The translations under genes and the position numbers were made by a program. Of a stretch of 64,000 bases of DNA, positions 54,760-64,000 are shown one piece after another; within the stretch, counting starts at the first letter, position 1; each line of letters begins with the position of its first letter. Source of the stretch: Eledone cirrhosa (lineage: Eukaryota); contig OZ024743.1 in NCBI GenBank assembly GCA_964016885.1, positions 149,792,001-149,856,000 on the forward strand, read 5' to 3'. Under the pieces are notes generated by a model. That model did not search any database and was not told where the DNA came from. It saw only the letters and a program-made list of their open reading frames with translations.

Positions 54760-55391
54760 ATCAAAGGGAGAGAATTCTGCATCATTGAGCAGAATACTTA
54801 CACACAACTAGTGCTCAAACACCTTAACAACACCACTCTATATAGTAAGGTTAGTAACAACATCATGCTCAGCCAACTGGAAGTCACCATTAACACTAGG
54901 TGGACTAATATATGTAACCTCAGAAATTTCCCCAGTAGAATTAAACACATCCTCATCACCAGAAACAGTAAGCTCCCCACCTTCTATCATCTTATTAAAA
55001 GACACAAAACAGGGTCCAAGTTAAAAATTAGACCCATTGTTACTGGGATAAATAGTCCTTTCTACAAAATTTCCTGGCTTCTCTCTAGATTTTTCAAACC
55101 TCTCCTTCACACTTTCCATGGACACGAAGTAATCAACAGACTAAAAGAACTTAATCCCACCATACTTAGACAGACTAGATATCCATTTAGTTTAGATGTA
55201 GTTTCCCTCTACACCTCTGTCCTTGCCCCTACCTCAGCCAACAACTTAATTACGGACTACTTCATCACCTCTACAAACCTCAATTATTTTGGTCTCACTA
55301 CTGCTGACATCCATGAGCTGCTCTCTGTCATCATGTGCAATACCTTTTTCCAGTTTGAAGGTTCCATCTGCAAACACATTTCAGGCCTTCC
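54760..55391 (+). pseudogene. Penelope-like element reverse transcriptase fragment
   Basis: In ORF 54694-55524: KG.EFCII...Y, LPTFYHLIKRHK...KIRPIVTGINSPFYKISWLL...KPLL, FSLDVVSLYTSV and NTFFQFEGSICKHISGLP are PLE RT motifs up to B'. Homology stops before the YxDD motif. Confidence 0.85.
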
Positions 55392-57479
55392 TAACAGTCC
55401 CATAAACAATGCAGAAGTGTGTATGAGAGCGTATGTTGGTTACAAGGCCACATGTAAAAATATACCTCCTTGTACATTAGAAGTACCACCCAGATGCTGC
55501 ACATATGGATCAAGGAGCACGTAGTGATGAGAGCTTCTTCTGTCATCTTTACAGATGCTGCAGCCAATATATTGAGGTCACCATAGAGGTGACAAAGAAA
55601 TTTGGGAAATTCAAGAATTAAAGAGGTCATTATCATTAACAAGAAAAAGCAACACATAAACAGTAGAATAGAAATGCAGGAAGCTGATTGGCTATTATAA
55701 CGCCTCCGCCCACGCATATTTCAGAAGTGTAGACCAGTTAGGGAGGAACACATTGATCCTTTGTTTTTGCTTTGGACCATTTTCGTTTCCCATTTGGAAA
55801 GAGGATAATAGCCTTGACATATATTGAAATATACTGGATAAAAAAAATAAAACATTACTTTGTTTTGTTTTATTTGCCATTCTTTGTCCTTTATATATTT
55901 CTACCACATTTTACTGGCTTTTTGAAACCTATGACATATATATATATACATACACACATGCAGAAGTGTATATAAGTCTACATGATAATGAAAATGTATG
56001 TATAAGGGCGGTGCCCCAGCATGGCCTCAGCCGGATGGCTGAAACAGGTAAAAGAGTAAAAGAGTATATGTAAAAACATGAATATGTGTTTGCGACCATA
56101 CATGAGAGTTACCTTTAGCTAAGCTATTATGATGTATTGGTTAGATGCATGTTTAAAACATTGTATTTTAAATGAGCATATAACCACTATCTTGTTAACA
56201 CATAAAATACATACATTGGTGTATACATCGAAATATCATGTGTATCTATGCGTGAGGTGAACAGATAGAGAATATATTTCTTTATAATAATGTGTGCTTT
56301 TAGTAGGCTTCCAGTTGTGTGCAGGTTTTTAAAATAAAATAAAATCTCTGCAGGTTTAAGGAATAAAATTCTTTATATATATGATATATGTAGGTTAGAT
56401 GTAATATTTATAGTAGTAAATAGCTTCAGATCTTGTGAGGGTTTGTAAACTTAAATCTTCAGCTTGTTATAGAAATTACAACCCAAACTTAGATTCATGA
56501 ATTTGTCATGAGAATCTATAGCAATGTATATTTTATTAAGAAATGGTCAAATTTTTGGAGTGGAAAATTGATTGAGGAGATTTTATTTATTGATATTTTA
56601 TTTTACCTCCTTTTTTTACAAGGAAAATAATAGAAATAAAAACATTTAATTTAAAAGAAAAATTATTCTGTGATATTTCCTTTTCCCTCTCTCCCTCTTT
56701 ATATTCCCCCTCTCTCTCCCACTCTCTAAAACACAGACATACACCCTTGTAATTTGTATTATTCTTTTAAAATATTTTATTGGACTGCTCATTTGTCATT
56801 CCTTCCAGTTTATTCTGTTAATCAATAGAACACCAAATGTTTGTTGATTTGACCTTAACATTGTCAAATTGATGCTCAGCTCTTATAAAAATTTTATGGC
56901 ATACAAAGGGAAAAATGAAATACAAAAATAAAATAGCCCATAAAAAATTCATCTTACATTTCAGGTTATTTCTAGATTTTTATCTGTTATTTCAGCTTTA
57001 TTTCTACTTTGGAGATCTACAGAAAACACGACATTGGTGATAGTTTTAAATGTTAAATACTAATTGAATTGACCCACCCATTTAAGAAAGAAATAAGTAT
57101 GTATTTCAGCATAAATCATCTAGGTTGAAACTTTGCTAAAACTAGCAAATGAAAAACTTTTATCATTAATCTTTTCAGCTTTGGCTGAAATCTAAACTGT
57201 TCACATCAGTTGTGTAGGATCAACATTCAGGAATATAAAATCACTTTATGGGTTTGGTTCACTTGGAGGAACTGAAACCAAAGACGTTTCTGGACGTTAA
57301 CGACTGAAATTCTCCTTCATCTGCTACAGTTTATTTATAAAAACTAATCCCAATAGTTTGGTTGCGAATCATAGATAAATGTGATAAGTTGTAACTGAAG
57401 ACCTTTTTTTTTTAATGAAAACATTCATATTCCATTACTACATACAATGTGTGAACATTATACTACCCTTCATCCAGAA

Positions 57480-58020
57480 TCAACCTAGACATTTCTTACA
57501 CTGCTCCCATGAACAGTGACCTGAAAACCATTCTCCAAAGATGAAAGGGGAATCTAATTTCATTGCACAGAACTACAACATAACCACTGTACATATTAAG
57601 AAAATTGTCTTGTGCTCCATATTTCCTACTCGTGAATAAAACACATCTAAATTTTGCAAAGTCATTAAAATGCTAAGCATCATAATTTCTGCTAATCTCA
57701 CATCTATGAAAGATCTATGAAGATAATCAACAGAAGACATGTGCAATTCACATTTCACTTCACTGCTCACATATCTGCTACTATGCATATTAACATTTTA
57801 ATTCATATCCAAAAATGCCATTCTGCTGTTTGGCAAAAACACTCACAACACACTATAATCACTAACCTATAGATGTCCTATTTCTTTGTTCTGTCTCTTC
57901 TACCACTACTACAGAGACATCTTCTCATCTGAACTAGCTAATGACACTCAAATTTATTTGATGCACCCATTTCTCATCCTTTCATAACTTTATTTCTACC
58001 CTCTGGAATCCTTCCTTGCT
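57480..58020 (+). pseudogene. Strongly decayed CR1/Jockey-group LINE C-terminal region
   Basis: ISLFCLFYHYYRDIFSSELAN resembles SLSLFYRYY.G.CSSEL. There is IQK upstream and LWN downstream. Confidence 0.45.
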
Positions 58021-59946
58021 ATCATTATTTTTTCTAAACCTTAGTCAGGTACAGTTCAAACTCAACCATAATTACATCGGCTTCATTAGTCTGAGAAAAC
58101 TATTGGAACTTCGTCCACTGTTATTGTGATTGATTAATTTTTAAAAAAATAAAGAGATTAATTTCTGTGTTGTTGGTGTAAACTACTGGTTTCAACTGCT
58201 AATATTCTTATATCAAGATATCATAGTAATAGTTATCCAGTTTCTTCACCTCTATTTATTCTGGAAATGTAGGCAAGAATTACGAACAAGTAGCAATGAA
58301 TTAGATCTTTTTACTACTACTCCAATTCCAGTCAGACTAAAGTGATACCTTTCAAACTTTTAAATTATATAATGATATGTTAATGTCTGCATTTGACACA
58401 ATTATAATAGATCTATAACAATTACACAATCTCTGAATATGGCTACAGGTGATTTTTTTTGTTATTGTTCTTTTAGAAAATCACTTTGTTCTCTAACTAT
58501 ATAATTATATATATTCCAGTGTACTGGAATCTAAGTATTTTATACTGAAAAAAAAAAAAATTACAGAAAATATTATGAAAATATTTCACCAATATCCCCT
58601 GACTTCCAAGAAACATAACCCTTTAAAATTATAGACTGATTTTCTTTGATCATCAAATAAAAGAATATTATTATAAAAAGAAAGAAAAAAATTACGCAAA
58701 GTAAAGAAAGAAATTAGTAATTGATGGTAGAACATTGTACATTGCTCCTGTAATTGTCTGCGAGTTAACAACTTGGTACATTGTTTCCATTGGAACTTGG
58801 GAGCTAACAACTTGCACCATACTTTCAGCATGACCTAAACATAAATGATTTTTATCATTCATTGCATATTCTTGCGTAGAGTTAATGTTTCTTTTTAATT
58901 TCTTTGTCTGTTCAGTTTACTTATTTTGTTATTATTTGTTTTTAATTCTAAAAGCATTTTGTACATTAAATCAAACTGATGGAAGAAGAAATATTTTATT
59001 GAAGTAAAAACAAAAACGACATGCAAATATAAACTGCTGTATGTATGTGTGTGTGGAATGGGTATTATAATAATAGTAATAAAATTATTATCATTGTTAT
59101 GATTGTTGTTCTTATTTGAAATGATTAAAAATAGTATGCTGAGTTTTTACAGTAGACTAGCCACATATCTCTTCTAAAAGGCTATTTGGAGCTATCGTCA
59201 CATGACTTAAAAGGTTTTCAAAAATGTCTTCTTTGAAGCGTGAATTTCACTGGTTGCCTTTGCAAATATTCTGAAGACAAAAAGTAAACCCAATAAACTT
59301 AGCAAACATATTGAATTAATTTTACAAATAGTTTAAACTGTTTTTTTTTTCCTTCAATATGTCAATTCAGAAAAGTTTACAACTAAGTCAAAATACATTT
59401 CTTGTCATTTCATATAAGATATTAAATTAATATAGATAGACACACACACATATATAATATGGAATAGGTGGATTCCCAATGGTTATTTGAAGATGACCGC
59501 AGTTAACAAAGGTACTCAGTTTTGGCTTGATCTTCGTGGTCTCAGCACTGCAGAATCTCTCTCTCTCTCTTCCTATATATATATATAATTAATGAATCTT
59601 TTCAAAGAGAATTAACACAGCCTTGATAATTTCTCACTCACCCAATGATTTAATTAAGTTTGTATTATTAAAATACAAGCTCACATATGTTTTCACCAAT
59701 GGTTTTACTGATGTGTATCCCAGTTGCTCGATTAATGGAATGGCCTGCTCAGAAAATCAATGTGTAAGTGACTGAACATTCCACAGACAGGTAATTCTTG
59801 AAGAGAAAAATGTCCCTTTTCCAAGATACTATATAGTGGGATCAAAAAGGAACACATGATCGTGGTTTACCTATCTCTATACCCACTCTGCATCTCTGTA
59901 TGCATTGAGTACACCCTTGATAGTTGTCTCCTTGGTCTCTGCACCA

Positions 59947-60310
<364 letters not shown>

Positions 60311-60772
60311 TATATGATGTCATTATCATTTTTTTCTATGGTAGTATGCTAGTATAAGTTGGATGTATACATTTTCAATATATTTTCAATGCATCATCTC
60401 TCCTTCTGCTTCGATGTTATGTTAGAAACCTATTATTCTAATGTTAGACTTAACTACCTTGTCTTATGTCTTCTTTAGTCTACATCTATGTCAGATGATT
60501 TTTTACTATTACCATTACCATGCACTACTTTTTTAATATCAAATGTGTAGTATCCAAATACATACATATATATATATATATATATAAAGTCAGTGCCCCA
60601 GCATGTCCTCAGCCATATATATTTATATACCATTTATGTTATGTTGTTTACCAATGTGTAGAACTGGTGATTCTGGTTAGTAAATGATGATGCAATAAAT
60701 TAAAGCACTCAACGTTAGACAAATCATCCATTGTAGATGTGGTATCCTATGGGTTGATATAGTAGCCAAAGA

Positions 60773-60810
60773 ATCTTAACGTTTCAGACATTAATCCTTC
60801 ATCAAAAGAT
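60773..60810 (-). ncRNA. Minimal type-I hammerhead ribozyme with C3U variant
   Basis: Minus strand AUCUU-UUGAUGA-AGGA-UUAAUG-UCU-GAA-ACGU-U-AAGAU: perfect 5-bp helix I, 3-bp helix II, palindromic ACGU helix III, GUU cleavage triplet. Confidence 0.6.
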
Positions 60811-60840
60811 AGAATGAGAAATAAAAGGATAAATATATAT

Positions 60841-61065
60841 CATCATCATCATCATCATCAACGTTTAACGTCCGTGTTCCACGCTTGCATGGGTTTGGAC
60901 GGGGGTTTTCCCACTTGGGGCAAGAGTGATTGTCTTGCTCGCATAGGACTGTCTGGCAGGTTTTCTACAGTTGGATGCCCTTCCTAACACCAACCACATT
61001 TACAGTGTGGGTCTGGGAGGTTTTTACCGTGTTGCCTACACGGCCACATTACAGCGTGGACTGTG
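60841..61065 (-). mobile_element. RTE 3' UTR fragment, same family as 20008-20947
   Basis: Reverse complement closely matches about 20732-20947, including the (GAT)n tail. An older relative lies at 61285-61425. Confidence 0.9.
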
Positions 61066-61208
61066 TTTATATATATATATTATTATATATATTATATATA
61101 TTATTAAAAATGTAAGCTATCGCCATATTTTGACTAAAGAAATTAAAGAAATTATTTAGCCTGATAGTGGGGTTAAGAACCCTCGGAGAAATGGAAAAAG
61201 ATGAATAT

Positions 61209-61281
61209 TGATGTACATGGGAGTCGAACCCACATCTTTGGTTATCCGGACAACTGTGCTACCATTTACATCAACACATCA
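61209..61281 (-). other. tRNA-like module (tRNA pseudogene or Pol III head of a retroelement)
   Basis: 73 nt. 7-bp acceptor-like stem TGATGTG/TACATCA, T arm GTGGG-TTCGACT-CCCAT, A-box-like TGATGTAAATGG. The anticodon arm pairs poorly. Confidence 0.5.
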
Positions 61282-61531
61282 CCCATCATTTCATTTCATT
61301 TTCACTTTTCCCTGCTTGCAAGGGTGGGACGGGAACTGATTCTGGCTTGATTTCTACAGCTGGATGCCCTTCCTAACACCAACCTCATTTACAGTGAGTG
61401 CTGGGTGCTTTTTTGCCGTGGCACCTTTGCAGTGGAATGATAGGGACCCCAGTCCTTATCATCTCATTTCTACAGCTGAGTAAACTGGAGCAATGTGAAA
61501 TAAAGTACCTTGCTCAAGAAAACAACACATC

Positions 61532-61567
<36 letters not shown>

Positions 61568-63009
61568 GGAGTGAGAGAGGGGTGAGAAGAGGAAGAAATG
61601 GAAAAAACAATTTTGTTTAATAGATGATGTTTGATCATTGCTCTTGTAATTTTAACTAAAACTTTTGTATCCTAATTACTTGTTTTCCATTTGAACATTC
61701 TCATAATTTAGCACTGTGAATCTAAGAATCCATATATAATTTATTCCTTTACAAATGTTATAAACAGCCTTTGCTTTCACTGTACCTGTTTCACTGCTAT
61801 AAAAAAATTATACAATTTACACACATGTCGTATTGTCCGATTTTATATGGTAACAAACAAATCTACTTAAAATAAGCTTTGAAAACTTATTTTATGTAAT
61901 TTCTCTCTTTGACTAATTCTAATCAAATATTTTTGTATCCAAAATCCCTCTGGATTTTCATTCCTATTTTACATTAGCTATATAACATTAGCCTAATTTA
62001 AATTGTACAGTATGTAGTCTACTAAACACTTAATTAAACATTCAGCTAGTTAAATATGTATTTTTGAAATTTCCAAACTAGTGCCCAGATGTATTTACAT
62101 GGCCTCACCTTATTTAATTGGAGTCAACTGAAATGCAAGATTGTACTTAAGTACAAAAAGGAAACAGACTTTACATAACATAAGATTAGTGAGACTATAC
62201 TAGACTGGTTTAATATCAAATGTTGCAAGATTGGAAAACCAAATTGATTTTGTTTTGAATTTTATATCCCATTCTACCCAGACCAGTAAATTTGATCAAT
62301 GAGCTTTTCATTGCATTTTGAGAATAATTCTATCACTGACACCCCTTTCTGCTGTGAGTGTTTTTCCAGATCTTTTGATCGTGCAGCAGCCCTACTAATT
62401 ATACATAGAGCAGCATATATTTTCTCCTCCATGCCAAACATCAGTACTTTCTTGTCACCTGCCTAAAGGGCAATTACAACAACCTTGTCATCAAGTATAT
62501 TTAAAAGGCTTCACCAAAACTCTAAGCTTCAGAGTGAGGGAGGTCTATATATAATTTTAATAGATGTTTTATTTCCTATTACTTTTGTATTTTATATTGT
62601 CTACTTTTTCTTGTTTAATTTGCTCCAATAATGTTTTAAGGAAAAATAGAGTACATCCTTCATGATTTCTGTCTCTCCGTCTCTCTCTCTCTCTTTCTCT
62701 CTCTCTCTATATATATATATGTATGTATATATATATATATATGCAAGAGAAGAGAGTGAGAGAGAAATAGAATGGTTGTGTTTCATTTTTTTTTTTAGTT
62801 TTCAAAAACACATTTTAAAGAATTTTACATTTTCTAAGAGACAAATATGTATATCACAACATTATAATCTATGAAACATAAGTTTTAGACTTTTGAGCAC
62901 TAAAAATATTTAGTGAGCAGAAAGGATTCAAGTTTACTTTAATCCATTTTATTCTTACTATCAAAGAAGATGGTTATGCAGCTTCATACATTCCATGTTA
63001 TTGGGAACA

Positions 63010-63270
63010 AATTTGATGGAGTTAAGGTGTAAAATTATTAATCATCTTGCCAACAACAACTCTGAGTTCCTTTTTGATTTCCATGTGTCTAACACACTTG
63101 GGCATGCCAACAAAGTCAGAAAACAGCACAGCTCCCATGACTTTCGGAAACATTTTTTCACACTCAGAGTTGCTGAAGCATGGAACAAACTACCTGCATC
63201 AGTTATTAGCTGTCGAGACACTGCATCCTTTAAAACCTCCATGCTTCCAGATTTTCTTCCAATAACACTC
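63010..63270 (+). pseudogene. CR1-group LINE ORF2 C-terminal fragment
   Basis: CKIINHL...FDFHVSNTLGHANKVRKQHSSHDFRKHFFTLRVAEAWNKLPASVISCRDTASFK matches the TRGH..K.....RK.FF..RV...WN.LP..V......FK motif. Confidence 0.85.
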
Positions 63271-64000
63271 TCAATTAAGGAATAATATTGTATGATTTAC
63301 TCTAAGATAAACTATCTGTGACGAATTTCATCAGTAGGCTTTCCATTTCTGAAACAACAGGAATATTCATCACTGAAACTGATGGTGGTCCATTGATTTT
63401 GATATAATATATATCTGTATGTTCAATAGTATTTAGGTAATGGCATCATTTTTTTAAAATTATTAGTGATGTAATTATGTTATGTATTTGATTAGACATT
63501 AAACGATGATGATGATGAATTAAGCTGATACAGATAACAAGTAAATAAATAGCAAGATAAATTAAAACCACAACAAAAGACTCTTGTATCATCCATTGAC
63601 TACTATCCTCTAACAGGCTATACATTTTTCAGCAATTTTCCAAGACTTTTCAATGCCTAATATAGCAGTTTACTACATATTTAGGCAGAAACGAGTGGTC
63701 TAACTATAATAGGGTCCACCATTGTATATTGTATGAAGGTGCTGTGTTGCTCTCTACACTCCTCCACCCACTAGCAGAGATGAGTTAACCTCAGGGATAA
63801 AGTTTCTATTCATGCATAAGCAGAGGTTTCACTCTATAAAAGGAACTTCAGTTCCTCCTCTTGTTCTTATTTAGTATATACTGCCTCATGCTTCACCCTT
63901 GAGGTGGGTGAATAATTCATATCTTTCATGCCAAACTAATCATGGAGGGGGGTAGATTTCCTCATCTTTGTCTAGCCGCACCCCTCCGTCTCTATCAAAA

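Noticed and set aside
55392-55524. C-terminal part of ORF 54694-55524 as part of the RT
   Set aside because: Similarity to PLE RT ends at SGLP and no YxDD follows. The rest is read-through, so this is not an intact gene.

Overview
Eukaryotic, very AT-rich, essentially non-coding DNA. The SINE families and microsatellite load look like an octopus-type cephalopod; this is an inference from recalled repeat sequences, not a database result. No host protein-coding gene can be firmly supported, and almost all ORF-track hits are translations of (TA)n/(CA)n/(CT)n tracts. The real content is: long TA-derived arrays; a young ~185-190 bp tRNA-derived SINE with two subtypes, clear target-site duplications (TSDs) and same-strand stacks; two CORE-like SINE families, one carrying an internal microsatellite; 5'-truncated RTE, CR1-group and Tx1-like LINE pieces; a Penelope-like RT fragment (54760-55391); and small mariner, hAT and piggyBac-type non-autonomous elements. 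The most notable signals are: (1) minimal or degenerate hammerhead-ribozyme cores in short non-coding inserts beside TA tracts (60773-60810, 40279-40326, weaker at 13206 and 57283); (2) six long palindromes in two architectures, including 186-bp arms with one mismatch at 38089-38479; (3) a sharp CpG-rich to CpG-poor transition at about 18-22 kb, next to a candidate exon. Items 1 and 2, together with the RT, suggest a Penelope-driven, TA-microsatellite-targeted family of non-autonomous elements.
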